A DNA stretch of 64,000 nt. Source: an uncultured Planctomycetia bacterium (GTDB lineage: Bacteria; Omnitrophota; Gorgyraeia; JABMRN01; RBG-13-46-9). Shown in pieces: positions 9,381 through 19,278 of this stretch (its first letter is position 1; every line of letters begins with the position of its first letter). The notes beneath the pieces were generated by a model. That model did no database searches. It had not been told where the DNA came from and saw nothing but the letters and a program-made list of their open reading frames with translations. The stretch is taken from positions 16,428 through 80,427 of the forward strand of contig CAZYPU010000001.1 in NCBI GenBank assembly GCA_964649665.1. The letters run 5' to 3'. Position numbers and translations under genes: made by a program.

Positions 9381-9602
9381 GTGGATAAGATCATCCGGGT
9401 AAGGGCAATCCCGAAATCCCGGAAAAACAAAGTGGAGAAATTCGGCGAAGGTTATAAGGTCCGCCTTACCGCCCCGCCCGTAGAGGGAAAGGCGAACAGG
9501 GCCCTCATAGAGGCGCTGGCAAACCATTTTAATCTAAAGAAATCACAGGTAAGGATTGCAAAAGGCGGCAAATCGAAAGACAAGCTCGTAAGACTTGGAT
9601 AA
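9381..9602 (+). CDS. DUF167 (YggU/UPF0235) family protein
   Basis: VRLTAPPVEGKANRALIEALANHFNLKKSQVRIAKGGKSKDKLVRL matches the YggU signature. The probable GTG start at 9381 lies directly after the LapA stop. The track ORF (9324) overlaps LapA. Confidence 0.7.
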   Translation: MDKIIRVRAIPKSRKNKVEKFGEGYKVRLTAPPVEGKANRALIEALANHFNLKKSQVRIAKGGKSKDKLVRLG

Positions 9603-9607
9603 TTACC

Positions 9608-9994
9608 ATGGGCATACAAAAGTTTACGGTAGAGACCTCGAAGAAAGAAGAATTTATTGACATAACCGCAGAGGTCCGTGATGCGCTGCGAAAACTGAAG
9701 CGCCGGGACGCCATTTGCACCGTATTTACGCCGCACACAACAGCGGCAATTACGATAAATGAGAACGCCGACCCCAGTGTGGCGCGCGACATGCTGCAGG
9801 GCCTGCGAAAAATGGTCCCTGAAACAGGGCACCATCATGCGGAAGGCAATTCCCCAGCCCACATTAAATCAAGTATTATAGGCTGTTCCGAGCAGATCCC
9901 GGTTGAAAACGGCGACTTGGCGCTCGGAACCTGGCAGGGCATATATTTTTGCGAATTCGACGGACCCCGAGAGCGCAGCGTATTTGTAAAATAA
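9608..9994 (+). CDS. YjbQ/UPF0047 family protein (secondary thiamine-phosphate synthase-like)
   Basis: Conserved TTAAITINENADPSV, HHAEGNSPAHIKSS and LGTWQGIYFCEFDGPRERSV blocks. Confidence 0.85.
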   Translation: MGIQKFTVETSKKEEFIDITAEVRDALRKLKRRDAICTVFTPHTTAAITINENADPSVARDMLQGLRKMVPETGHHHAEGNSPAHIKSSIIGCSEQIPVENGDLALGTWQGIYFCEFDGPRERSVFVK

Positions 9995-10070
9995 ACCCTC
10001 GGCCTGCGTTTCGGCAGAAATACCCATTATCGAATTTATCGCGGAAAAGTAGATAGTTACAACAAAATGC

Positions 10071-10099
10071 TTGAAATTTTTGCGTAAAAGGTCTATAAT
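10071..10099 (+). promoter_or_regulatory. Sigma70 consensus-like promoter TTGAAA-17-TATAAT
   Basis: TTGAAA at 10071-10076, 17 nt spacer, TATAAT at 10094-10099. The RBS AAAAAGGAGG and the ATG at 10157 follow. Confidence 0.6.
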
Positions 10100-10156
10100 T
10101 GAGCAACTTATATAGCGGAAGATTTGGAATATTTACGGAACCAAAAAGGAGGTAAC

Positions 10157-10321
10157 ATGGGAGATTATCAAAGCGGCGGATTCGACAGGCCCCCGCGCGA
10201 AATGCACAAGGCGATCTGCTCGGAATGCAAGAAAGAGTGCGAAGTTCCTTTCAAGCCAAGCGGTGATCGTCCGGTATATTGCAAGGAGTGCTTTTCAAAG
10301 CGCAGGAACCAGGACCGTTAA
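10157..10321 (+). CDS. Small zinc-ribbon protein (CxxC-x17-CxxC)
   Basis: Strong RBS. CSECKKECEVPFKPSGDRPVYCKEC. The track start (10124) is an upstream extension. Confidence 0.65.
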   Translation: MGDYQSGGFDRPPREMHKAICSECKKECEVPFKPSGDRPVYCKECFSKRRNQDR

Positions 10322-10358
10322 AAGCAGCCGAACGAAACACAGGAGCTTTTATTCAAAT

Positions 10359-10389
10359 GCCCTCTTTTTGAAAGAGGGCATTTTTTTTC
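10359..10389 (+). terminator. Rho-independent terminator (GCCCTCTTT-TTGA-AAGAGGGC plus T8)
   Basis: Perfect 9 bp stem followed by TTTTTTTT immediately after the zinc-ribbon gene. Confidence 0.8.
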
Positions 10390-10462
10390 GGACAACATGC
10401 AAAAGGCGGAGTGCCGGCAAAAGTTCTTTTAAAGTACACATTTTAGGAGTATAATCTAAGCT

Positions 10463-10957
10463 ATGGAAACATTTGACGCTATATCCAAAAGAGCGAGTGT
10501 CAGGAAATATCAATCAAAGCCGATTGATAAAGCCCTGCTCGAAAAACTTGTCGACGCCGCCAGGCGCGCCCCTACCGCGCGGGCGGTCGAGCCGTGGGAA
10601 TTTGTCGTTGTAACCGAGAAGAAGGCGCTTGAGGCGCTGGGGCGGATAGCCGCGACGGGAGCTTTCATAAAAGACGCGGCCTGCTGCATAGCGGTCTATT
10701 GTAAAGACACTAAATATTATCTCGAAGACGGCTCGGCGGCCACGGAAAATATTTTACTTGCCGCCGCGGGGTGCGGCCTTGGGACGTGCTGGGTCGCCGG
10801 GGATAAAAAGCCCTATGCGGGCCGGGTGTCGGAACTTTTGGGCGCGCCGCAGGAAATGAAACTGGTCAGTCTTATACCCGTGGGCTGGCCCGAAAAAGAA
10901 CCCGAGCAGATCAAAAATAGAAAACTAAAAGACGTAATCCATTGGGAAAAGTTTTAG
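10463..10957 (+). CDS. Nitroreductase family protein
   Basis: N-terminal SKRASVRKY (the FMN-binding R-x-S-x-R motif), the nitroreductase fold signature, and a C-terminal GWP motif. Confidence 0.85.
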   Translation: METFDAISKRASVRKYQSKPIDKALLEKLVDAARRAPTARAVEPWEFVVVTEKKALEALGRIAATGAFIKDAACCIAVYCKDTKYYLEDGSAATENILLAAAGCGLGTCWVAGDKKPYAGRVSELLGAPQEMKLVSLIPVGWPEKEPEQIKNRKLKDVIHWEKF

Positions 10958-11155
10958 TTTTAAAAAGATGCGGCAACACGCAGGGCACTCCGAAGATTCG
11001 TTGCGGGTACTCCGGGGATTGAGAGAGAACAGGATAATAGGCGAATAAAGCGGTGCCGAGAGAAAAAATCATAAGAAGGCAGAAGAACGTCTCCAGGCTC
11101 TTGAGGGAGAAAAGAGAGCAATATAAGAGCAAGCTGAAAACGCTCAGAAAGAAAC

Positions 11156-11419
11156 ATGTTAAAAATGGATTCCGGGGACACGGTAATTAATCCGGTTAAA
11201 TGGTACCGCAGGCCGGCTACGGTTATTATGGCGATTCTATGCACGGGGGCGTTAGCGCTGCCCCTTTTATGGACAAGCCCGGCTTTCAGCAAAAAGCTTA
11301 AAATCGTTATAACGCTGCTGGTTGTTGCCCTTAGCTTATGGCTCGTAAAGGCATCCGTGGATTTATATGCAATATGTTTGAACCGGCTGCAGGAATTGCG
11401 GAAGGTATTGGATTATTGA
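11156..11419 (+). CDS. Hypothetical small membrane protein
   Basis: ORF with two predicted TM helices and no recognisable family. It is followed by the hairpin AGAAGGCCTTCT plus TTTCTT (11433-11450). Confidence 0.35.
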   Translation: MLKMDSGDTVINPVKWYRRPATVIMAILCTGALALPLLWTSPAFSKKLKIVITLLVVALSLWLVKASVDLYAICLNRLQELRKVLDY

Positions 11420-11679
11420 GGTGAATTCGCGCAGAAGGCCTTCTTTTCTTCAGGCCGCCGGCTTACTTTGTAGGTATAACGATGGTAGTCGCCGGATTAA
11501 CCGGCTTTTGCTTGTTGGAGAAGTTCTTTAACAAGTTAGGCTGAAAAAGTCGTGTAGTTTGAAGTAACAGTTGAATTTCGGGGGCGTAGTGCTTAATTCT
11601 GACGCAGGATGTGCGCGAATTGGGCATTGAGCCCCTATAATTCTTCACGTTAGTAATGAAAAAGGAAGCTGGATTTTTG

Positions 11680-11708
11680 TTGACTTAACCGACCATATGT
11701 GCTACGAT
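11680..11708 (+). promoter_or_regulatory. Sigma70-type promoter TTGACT-17-TACGAT upstream of the hydrolase/acyl-CoA ligase cluster
   Basis: -35 at 11680-11685, 17 nt spacer, -10 at 11703-11708. The ATG of the next gene is at 11758. Confidence 0.5.
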
Positions 11709-11757
11709 ATGACTGCTTTGGCTGGCCTCACAACGACAGCTCAAAAACGGAATAAAG

Positions 11758-12573
11758 ATGAAAAAGTGCGGGAAAAGAAACATATTTTACAGGCAATGGG
11801 GATGCTCTGCCCCTAAGGCCGCCCTGCTTCTGATTCACGGCCTCGGCGGACACAGTAATAACTGGGAGTACTTTTCGGACTATTTTGTCCATAACGGCAT
11901 TGCCTGTTACGCGCTTGAGCTAAAAGGCTTTGGCGAGGATGTAAAGAACCGCGTTAAGGGGCACATAGATTCGCTCGATACCTATGTAAAGGATGTTCGC
12001 CGGCTTCACCATATCATAAAAAGAGAGCACAGGGGAAAGAAGGTTTTTGTGGCCGGCGAAAGCATGGGTGGGCTCATCGCTTTCATAGCGGCGATTAAAA
12101 AGCCGGATTTGTTCAGCGGGCTTATATGCATATCGCCCGGCTTCGGAAGCCTCTTGAAATTTTCATTTCTGGATTATACAAAAATGACGCTGGCATGGCT
12201 TCATAAACCGAAAAAACAGTTTGTCATGCCGTTTGACTCCGAGATGTGCACCCGCGATCCGAAATGCCGCAAGCAGATGGATTCGGATCCGCTCGAGCAC
12301 AGGTTTGCCACGCCGGGCCTTCTCCTGAACGTATTGCTCGGCCAGATGTATTCAAGCCTCCTGAAACGTAAAGTCAGGATGCGCACGCTTTTTTTGCTCG
12401 GCGAAAAGGACACCTTCGTGTGCGGCCGGTCCAGTCGGAAGATTTTCGAGGGCCTCAAAACGAAAGATAAGCAATTAATCAAATACTCCGAAATGCGCCA
12501 CACCCTTACGGCGGAGCTCGGGAGGGAAAAAGTTTTCGGCGATGCCTTCGAATGGGTTGAAAAAAGAATATAA
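11758..12573 (+). CDS. Alpha/beta hydrolase, lysophospholipase / monoacylglycerol lipase-like
   Basis: HGLGGHS oxyanion region, GESMGG nucleophile elbow and a C-terminal His block (EMRHTL). It is a paralog of the gene at 14363. Confidence 0.8.
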   Translation: MKKCGKRNIFYRQWGCSAPKAALLLIHGLGGHSNNWEYFSDYFVHNGIACYALELKGFGEDVKNRVKGHIDSLDTYVKDVRRLHHIIKREHRGKKVFVAGESMGGLIAFIAAIKKPDLFSGLICISPGFGSLLKFSFLDYTKMTLAWLHKPKKQFVMPFDSEMCTRDPKCRKQMDSDPLEHRFATPGLLLNVLLGQMYSSLLKRKVRMRTLFLLGEKDTFVCGRSSRKIFEGLKTKDKQLIKYSEMRHTLTAELGREKVFGDAFEWVEKRI

Positions 12574-12574
12574 A

Positions 12575-14287
12575 ATGATCAACTCAATGGTAAAAACCGT
12601 TTTGCAGAACCTTACCATAAGGGATATCCTGGAGGCGATAAATAAAAAATATGGTCAAAGGCCGGCTCTCAGGGTTAAGACAAAAGATGGGCGTTTAAAA
12701 GATATTTCGTATGTCAAACTGGGACGCAGGGTAGTTACCGTCTCTTCGGCGCTTATGGAGCTCGGCGTAAAAAAAGCCGATAAAGTCGCCATACTTTCCG
12801 AGAACAGGCCCGAGTGGGCGCTCGCGTACTTCGGTATCATATCCTGCGCCGGCATAGTGGTGCCCATCGATGTCAAGCTGAGCACAAAGGAAATCCAGTT
12901 CATAATGAATGACAGCCGGGTAAAATGCGTGTTTGTGAGCGCAAAATACATCCCCGTGATAGATGAGTTGAAAACAGTCCTTCCCAATCTCGAACATATA
13001 ATCCTTTTGGACAGAGCGGGCCGCGGGGATGTAATGCTTCTGAAAAACCTGAGCCGGCACAGGGGAAAACAAAGAGGCCGTCCCGTATATCCCGACGATA
13101 CCTCGCTGATCGTATACACATCCGGCACAACGGGCGTCGCCAAGGGTGTCGAGATAAGCTACAGAAACCTCTTATTTCAGGTGCTGGCCTTCAGCGAGAT
13201 AATTCACTCGAGCCCCGACGATAACCTCCTTTCGGTTTTGCCGTTAAATCACATGCTTGAAATAACAGGCGGCCTGATAGCCCCCTTATACGGCGGCGCA
13301 TGCATTACTTACTCCGACAACCTTAAGGCCGGCACGCTTTTGCCGCTCATGAAAGAGACAAAAACCACCGTGATGATTTGCGTGCCTCTTGTATTAAAGT
13401 TGATGCACGGCGGCATCATGAAAAAAATCGCCAGGCTTTCACCGGGCAGGCGAAAGGCGTTCGGGGCGGCTCTTGCGCTTTCAAGGGCTCTTCTTAAACT
13501 CAACGTAAGGGTGGGAAAGGCGCTTTTCGCGCCCATTCACGAGGAATTCGGCGGGCACTTGCGCGGATTCATAAGCGGCGGGGCGCCGCTTGACGCTGAT
13601 GTGGAGGTAGATTTAAACGCCCTGGGCTTCAGGGTACTGCAGGGCTACGGCCTTACGGAAACCGCGCCGGTCATATCGGTCAATACTTTTAATAATAATA
13701 AATTTGCCTCCGTGGGAAAACCCCTGTCGGGAGTCGAGGTAAAGATCCTTAAAAAGAACAAATTTTCCCGCGAAGGCGAAATTATAACCCGCGGGCCGCA
13801 CGTGATGAAGGGCTACTTTAACAATCCGGAAAAGACCGCGGAGGTAATAAGGGGCGGCTGGCTCCATACCGGCGACATAGGTTATTTCGACAGGGACAAT
13901 TTCCTGTTGATATCCGGCCGGATCAAAAATTTGATCGTCCTTGGCACCGGCAAAAAAGTTTTTCCGGAAGAAGTGGAAGCCGTAATGGAGAAGAGCCCTT
14001 ACATAAAAGAGATATCGGTCCTCGGAAGAATTGCCGGGCGCGGCATCCGTAAGGGCCATGAGGAAGTTTACGCTGTTATCGTGCCCGATCTCGAGGCGTT
14101 CGGAGAAAGCGAAAGCCCCGACAGTGAAAACATAAGAAAAAAGATATCCGCGGAAGTAAGCCGCCTGGGCAGGAATTTAGCCGAGTACAAAAGGATAACG
14201 GACTTTCAGATCCGGTTTCAGGAGCTTCCGAGAACAGTAACAAAGAAAATAAAGCGAAAAGCCGTTCGCGAGATGATCAACGTTTAA
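12575..14287 (+). CDS. Long-chain fatty acid-CoA ligase (AMP-binding, FadD-like)
   Basis: AMP-binding motif YTSGTTGVAKGV, the GYGLTET motif and the C-terminal ..GDIGYFD.. block. The ATG at 12575 lies just after the upstream stop. Confidence 0.85.
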   Translation: MINSMVKTVLQNLTIRDILEAINKKYGQRPALRVKTKDGRLKDISYVKLGRRVVTVSSALMELGVKKADKVAILSENRPEWALAYFGIISCAGIVVPIDVKLSTKEIQFIMNDSRVKCVFVSAKYIPVIDELKTVLPNLEHIILLDRAGRGDVMLLKNLSRHRGKQRGRPVYPDDTSLIVYTSGTTGVAKGVEISYRNLLFQVLAFSEIIHSSPDDNLLSVLPLNHMLEITGGLIAPLYGGACITYSDNLKAGTLLPLMKETKTTVMICVPLVLKLMHGGIMKKIARLSPGRRKAFGAALALSRALLKLNVRVGKALFAPIHEEFGGHLRGFISGGAPLDADVEVDLNALGFRVLQGYGLTETAPVISVNTFNNNKFASVGKPLSGVEVKILKKNKFSREGEIITRGPHVMKGYFNNPEKTAEVIRGGWLHTGDIGYFDRDNFLLISGRIKNLIVLGTGKKVFPEEVEAVMEKSPYIKEISVLGRIAGRGIRKGHEEVYAVIVPDLEAFGESESPDSENIRKKISAEVSRLGRNLAEYKRITDFQIRFQELPRTVTKKIKRKAVREMINV

Positions 14288-14362
14288 CCGACTTGCCCTC
14301 CGAAGCGCTGCCTGTTCCGCTTGCAAAAATCCCTTTTTACAAGTATATTTAGGTAAGGGGCA

Positions 14363-15175
14363 ATGATAAAAGAACACAAAAAAACGGGCACTTTGTACAG
14401 GAAATGGGCCGCCGAGTCGCCGAAAGCGGCGCTTCTATTGGTGCACGGCCTCGGCACGCACAGCGATTCCTGGAAATTTACGGGGGATTTTTTTCTTAAA
14501 AGAAATATATCCTCTTATGCCGTGGAATTAAGGGGATTCGGGGAGACCAAAGGCCTTAAGGGGCACATAGATTCTTTCGACACCTATTATAAGGACATAA
14601 AGACGCTGCGCGAGGTAATAACAGAGGAAAACGGCAATATAAAAGTTTTCCTCGCGGGCCAGAGTATGGGCGGCGTGATCGTTTTTACCGCCTCGGCGCT
14701 CTATCCGCGCATTTTTGACGGGATCATATGCGTCGCGCCGGCTTTTACGACGAAGATTAAATTCAGCGCCATAGAACGCGCGGATATTTTCGCGTCGTTT
14801 TTTTATAACGGGAAAAAGAACTTCAACCTGCCGTTTTCCGCGGAAATGTGCACGAGGGACCCCCATCACCGAAAGACCATGGATTCCGACCACCGGGAGA
14901 TAAGGTTCGCGACATCGAACCTTCTTGTGTCAATATTCCTGGCGGGCCTGCGGGGAAGGATCTTAAAAAACAGGATCAAGCCCCCCGTATTGTTTCTTCT
15001 GGCGGGGGAGGACGCGCTGGTTTCTTCCGGGGCGTGCAGAAAGGTATTTAAGGGCCTGAAGGTAAGAGATAAAACGCTGATAGAGTATCCCGGCATGTAC
15101 CACGCCCTGAACGTAGAGCTGGGCCGCGAGAAGGTTTTTGAGGATATCTTTAAATGGATAAAACATCGGTCGTGA
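14363..15175 (+). CDS. Alpha/beta hydrolase, lysophospholipase-like (paralog of 11758..12573)
   Basis: HGLGTHS, GQSMGG and the same C-terminal motif layout (HALNVELGREKVFEDIFKWI versus HTLTAELGREKVFGDAFEWV). Confidence 0.8.
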   Translation: MIKEHKKTGTLYRKWAAESPKAALLLVHGLGTHSDSWKFTGDFFLKRNISSYAVELRGFGETKGLKGHIDSFDTYYKDIKTLREVITEENGNIKVFLAGQSMGGVIVFTASALYPRIFDGIICVAPAFTTKIKFSAIERADIFASFFYNGKKNFNLPFSAEMCTRDPHHRKTMDSDHREIRFATSNLLVSIFLAGLRGRILKNRIKPPVLFLLAGEDALVSSGACRKVFKGLKVRDKTLIEYPGMYHALNVELGREKVFEDIFKWIKHRS

Positions 15176-15990
15176 GGAAGTATCTATATTTCAGCCTGTT
15201 TTTTTGCGCGATAATCTGCTTATGCACAAGCGTTGTTACCGCCCGGGCGCTCGCGGAGCCGGTAAAGGGCGCGCTTCTGACAGAGGACGGGGTTTCGATC
15301 GCGTACGAGCGGTACAAAAACGGGTTTGAAAAAGTAATTATAATATGCCCGGGTTTCTACAACAGCAAGAAAAACAGGTGGATGCGCAAAACCGCGGATT
15401 TTATATCTTCCAGGTATGACGTTATAATCTTTGACCCGAGGGGCCACGGCGAAAGCGGCGGGAAATTTACCTGGTCAGCCAAAGAGCACTGCGATCTGAA
15501 CGCCGTTATTGATTACGCGATAGCCGAAGGGTACGGGGCCGTGGGGGTGGTGGCTTTTTCCCTCGGAGCGGCCTCGGCTATTAATGCTGCCTCGGGCAGG
15601 GGCGATATAGACAGCATGGTATTGATAAGCGCCCCGTCGAGTTTCAGGATGGTCAACTTCCACTTCTGGGAGCCGGGAATGCTCTCGGACCTGAAAGACA
15701 ATATAGACTGTAAATGGGAAGGTAAGGGCGCGAGGTTCGGCAGTATCTTTACGCCGAAGGACAGGCCCATAGACACGATAGGCCTGATAAAGACCACACC
15801 GATGCTTTTTATACACGGTGACAGGGACTGGCTCATTAAGGACCGCCATTCCAGGAAGCTTTATCGGGCGGCGCGGGTTTATAAAAAAATAGAAATAATC
15901 AAAAACGGGCTTCACGCGGAGAGGATTATCCAGTTTAATCCCGATAAGATAAAGAAACTTATACTCGAGTGGTTTTCGGAAACGCTTTAA
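15154..15990 (+). CDS. Secreted alpha/beta hydrolase
   Basis: Signal peptide. The hydrolase fold shows HGESGG and AFSLGAA (a GxSxG variant), then a DRD..H block. Confidence 0.65.
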   Translation: MDKTSVVRKYLYFSLFFCAIICLCTSVVTARALAEPVKGALLTEDGVSIAYERYKNGFEKVIIICPGFYNSKKNRWMRKTADFISSRYDVIIFDPRGHGESGGKFTWSAKEHCDLNAVIDYAIAEGYGAVGVVAFSLGAASAINAASGRGDIDSMVLISAPSSFRMVNFHFWEPGMLSDLKDNIDCKWEGKGARFGSIFTPKDRPIDTIGLIKTTPMLFIHGDRDWLIKDRHSRKLYRAARVYKKIEIIKNGLHAERIIQFNPDKIKKLILEWFSETL

Positions 15991-16062
15991 GTCTGATAAT
16001 TTTATTTGAAATTACGCATTTTATGCGATATACTTTATACCGCTTCTGTAAATCAGGAATAA

Positions 16063-16434
16063 ATGGTTAACATGAAAAGATTTACGTTATATTTACTGAG
16101 ATGGCAGCTTAGCACGCCGATTCTCTGGCTGGTGATCAGGCGTTTAGGCGTGGGAATATGGCCCACGATTATAGCCAACTTTATCGGGGGGAGCATATTT
16201 TTCTGGGTGGACAAATTTATTTTTACGTCTAAAGCGGTTGAGATGTGGCATTTTAAAGAAAATGGAAAATGCGATAACTGCGGGAAAGTTACCAGCCTCT
16301 GGAGGCTGGTCCTGGCCCCGAACTACGACAAGAGCCGCGCCAAGCCGAAATTTTTCTGCATGGAATGTTCGAAGAAAAGAACGGACGAACTGAGGCGCGA
16401 GGGAATAAAAATCCGCGGAAAAAGCGGCAGGTAA
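16063..16434 (+). CDS. Membrane protein with a weakly GtrA-like N-terminus and a C-terminal CxxC..CxxC zinc ribbon
   Basis: Two or three TM helices (LWLVIRRLGVGIWPTIIANFIGGSIFFWV), then CDNCGK ... CMECSKK. Low sequence-family certainty. Confidence 0.5.
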   Translation: MVNMKRFTLYLLRWQLSTPILWLVIRRLGVGIWPTIIANFIGGSIFFWVDKFIFTSKAVEMWHFKENGKCDNCGKVTSLWRLVLAPNYDKSRAKPKFFCMECSKKRTDELRREGIKIRGKSGR

Positions 16435-16443
16435 GGAGAGTTC

Positions 16444-17394
16444 TTATTTTCCCGGAATTCGATCAATCAGGCGGATCAGGTCGCGATACGAGCCTACCCT
16501 CGAGATGCGGTCGCGGATTCTCGCGGCCTCAGGGATGCCTTTAAGATACCACATTGCTACCTTGCCCATGAAGCCCGCCTTGCTGGAATCCGCTATATCC
16601 TTGTATTTTTCTATGTAAGCCAGGTGGGTTTTCAGTGTTTTTTTCTTTACGGATAGCTCCGGATCCTCAGGGGCCACGCCGTTTTTAAGATATCTTTCAA
16701 TATTTCCGAATATCCAGGGATTGCCGAGCGCGCCCCTTGCCACCAGTATCCCGTCGCACCCGGTTTCATCAAGCATTTTTTTGGCCATTGAAGGATTGAA
16801 TATATTGCCGCTTCCGAAGACGGGTATTCTTAGAGCGGTTTTCACCTTTTTTATCGATTCGTAATCGATATCGCCGGAATAGCCCTGCGATACCGTCCTG
16901 CCGTGTATAAAAAGAATGGACGCCCCGTTATCCTGGCATATTTCGGCGATCCTGACGGATTCATCCGCATCCCTTTTGTAAAAACCACTTCGCAGCTTGA
17001 CCGTGATCGGGATACGCAGCCCGGAAGCCAGTTTCTTAACAATTTTACCCAGCTGCCGCGGATTTTTTAAGAGCGCCGCGCCGGCGCTTTTTTTGAGTAC
17101 TTTTTTTGCGGGGCAGGCGCTGTTTATGTCCAGAAAGGATATATCAGCAAAGTTTGGCAGTTTTTGAGCGGCCTCAAGCATTACCGAAGGGTCATGCCCC
17201 AGTAACTGCGCTGCCAGCGGCGAATCTTTCTTAAGGGTTTTCAGCAGGCGCCTGTTTTTCGGATGATCGTAAAGCAGGGCCCTCGCGTCAAGCATTTCAA
17301 AAAAACAATGCGCGGCGCCCAGCGAGCGGCTTACAAGCCGGAAAGAAAGGTCGGTTACCCCTGACATGGGGGCCAGATATATTCCAGGATCCAT
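16444..17394 (-). CDS. dus: tRNA-dihydrouridine synthase (Dus family)
   Basis: TIM-barrel Dus motifs: APMSGVTD at the N-terminus, and the FMN/catalytic region ..NSACPAKKV.. with the conserved Cys. The only minus-strand gene in the window. Confidence 0.85.
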   Translation of the reverse strand: MDPGIYLAPMSGVTDLSFRLVSRSLGAAHCFFEMLDARALLYDHPKNRRLLKTLKKDSPLAAQLLGHDPSVMLEAAQKLPNFADISFLDINSACPAKKVLKKSAGAALLKNPRQLGKIVKKLASGLRIPITVKLRSGFYKRDADESVRIAEICQDNGASILFIHGRTVSQGYSGDIDYESIKKVKTALRIPVFGSGNIFNPSMAKKMLDETGCDGILVARGALGNPWIFGNIERYLKNGVAPEDPELSVKKKTLKTHLAYIEKYKDIADSSKAGFMGKVAMWYLKGIPEAARIRDRISRVGSYRDLIRLIDRIPGK

Positions 17395-17458
17395 CACGCT
17401 ATTATACTATGAATTTCGTTGATAGAGAAGAGAGTTTCTGGTATTATATTATCCTCTC

Positions 17459-18694
17459 ATGGAAAAAATCGACGCAATCATAATCGGTGCCGGACCGGCC
17501 GGCATGATGGCTGCCATTCGCGCCGCGGAAAGAAAGAAAAGAGTTCTCCTCCTTGAGCGCAGCGATACCCCCGGCAGGAAGCTCCTCATCTCGGGAAAGG
17601 GCCGGTGCAACCTGACGAATTCCCGCGATGTCGCGGATTTTCTCGGAAAATTTTCGCCCTCGGGGAATTTTTTAAGAAACGCATTCGCGAGATTTTTCAG
17701 CGCCGACCTTATATCGTTTTTTGAAGGCTCCGGCCTTAAGCTTAAGACAGAACGCGGCGGCCGCGTATTTCCACAAAGCGATAGGGCGGGCGATGTCCTC
17801 GCCGTATTAGAATCAAAGCTGAAAAACAGGAATATTAAAATCCTCCGCGCCCAGCGCGCGCGCGAAATCGTCGTGAAGAACAAAAAAATAGAAGGTGTCC
17901 TGACGTATTCCGGCAGGCGTTTCAGGGCTCCGCACGTCGCCATTGCCACGGGCGGCCTTTCCTATCCACGGACGGGCTCAACGGGAGATGGATACGCCCT
18001 CGCTGAAAAACTAAAACATGACGTCATACCTTTAAAGCCGGCGCTTTCGCCCATTCTCATCAAAGAAAAATTTATACGGCCCTGGCAGGGCGTATCGCTT
18101 AAAAACGCGCGCTTAACGCTTTTTTCCGGGGGCAAAAAAATAGACGAAAGATTCGGCGAAATGGTGTTTACCCACTTTGGTCTATCGGGCCCGGTTGTCC
18201 TCGACATAAGCGCCTCTGTGTACGACGCGCTAAAAGAAAAAGGCGAGGCATCGATATCCATTAACTTCAAGCCCGCCCTGGACCACAAAAAACTGGACGC
18301 GAGACTATTGCGCGAATTTGAGGCGGCTCCGAGAAAAAGCGTAAAAAGCATATTTAAGAATCTGCTGCCGCGGGGCATAGTAGAACGATTCCTCGAATAT
18401 TGCGGCATGGACCCGAATAAAAACGCGTGCCGGATCACCTCCGGGGAAAGAAAAAAACTTATAAACGGATTATTTGATCTAAGGTTAAGCGTATCCGGCG
18501 TAATGCCGGTCAAAGAGGGTATCATCACAAGGGGCGGCGTGAATACAAAGGAAATAAACCCCAAGACCATGGAGTCAAAAATTGTAAAGGGGCTTTTTTT
18601 TGCGGGCGAAGTAATAGACGTGGATGCCGCGACAGGCGGATACAACATGCAGGCGGCATTTTCCATGGGATGGGTTTGCGGGGATAACATATGA
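17459..18694 (+). CDS. NAD(P)/FAD-dependent oxidoreductase, HI0933/BaiN family flavoprotein
   Basis: N-terminal GAGPAGMMAAI Rossmann motif and a C-terminal GEVIDVDAATGGYNMQAAFSMG block typical of the HI0933 family. Confidence 0.85.
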   Translation: MEKIDAIIIGAGPAGMMAAIRAAERKKRVLLLERSDTPGRKLLISGKGRCNLTNSRDVADFLGKFSPSGNFLRNAFARFFSADLISFFEGSGLKLKTERGGRVFPQSDRAGDVLAVLESKLKNRNIKILRAQRAREIVVKNKKIEGVLTYSGRRFRAPHVAIATGGLSYPRTGSTGDGYALAEKLKHDVIPLKPALSPILIKEKFIRPWQGVSLKNARLTLFSGGKKIDERFGEMVFTHFGLSGPVVLDISASVYDALKEKGEASISINFKPALDHKKLDARLLREFEAAPRKSVKSIFKNLLPRGIVERFLEYCGMDPNKNACRITSGERKKLINGLFDLRLSVSGVMPVKEGIITRGGVNTKEINPKTMESKIVKGLFFAGEVIDVDAATGGYNMQAAFSMGWVCGDNI

Positions 18695-19278
18695 AACACA
18701 GAATAATATTGGCCTCGGCGTCAAAGAGGCGTTCAAGGATACTCAGGGAATGCGGCATACCGCACAGAGTTCTTGTAAGCGGGGCGCCTGAAAAAATGGA
18801 ACACAAAAAAGGCGCGAGGTTCAACGCTCTTTGCAACGCCCGCGGCAAGGCCCAAAGAATAGCGTACAGGCAGGGGGAAGGTTTTATTATCGGCGCCGAT
18901 ACCATTGTGCTGCTGGGAAAGCGCCTTATCGGAAAGCCAAAGACGGGAAAAGAGGCAAAGCGCCTCCTTAAAGCGTTCTCGGCGAAGACAATCCTTGTCT
19001 ATACCGGACTCTGCGTAATAGACGCCGCAAAAGGAAAATCGGCATGCGCTGTCGAGGTATCAAAAATCCGCGTCAAAAAACTATCGCGTAAAGAAATAAA
19101 CGAATTTGTAAAAATAGCGGGCCCGCATGACAAGGCGGGCGGTTTTTCGATAGAGGGTCCAGGCGCGTTCATATTCGATAATGTAGAAGGCTCGTTCTAT
19201 AATATACTGGGACTGCCGCCGGCGAAACTCCATGAACTTTTTGAGAAATTAGGCGTGGACCTGTGCAAAATAACCTGA
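18691..19278 (+). CDS. maf: Maf-like nucleoside triphosphate pyrophosphatase
   Basis: ILASASKRRSRIL at the N-terminus and GADTIV in the catalytic region, both typical of Maf. The ATG overlaps the upstream TGA. Confidence 0.85.
   Translation: MKHRIILASASKRRSRILRECGIPHRVLVSGAPEKMEHKKGARFNALCNARGKAQRIAYRQGEGFIIGADTIVLLGKRLIGKPKTGKEAKRLLKAFSAKTILVYTGLCVIDAAKGKSACAVEVSKIRVKKLSRKEINEFVKIAGPHDKAGGFSIEGPGAFIFDNVEGSFYNILGLPPAKLHELFEKLGVDLCKIT

Noticed and set aside
11463-11757. Possible small RNA (GGGGGCG-containing 300 bp intergenic region, tmRNA-like start)
   Set aside because: No tag-peptide reading frame, tRNA-like acceptor/T-arm or other class signature could be found by eye. It probably just holds the promoter (TTGACT-17-TACGAT) and leader of the hydrolase operon.
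17962-18699. 245-aa minus-strand ORF
   Set aside because: Antisense to the HI0933-family flavoprotein gene. No independent support.
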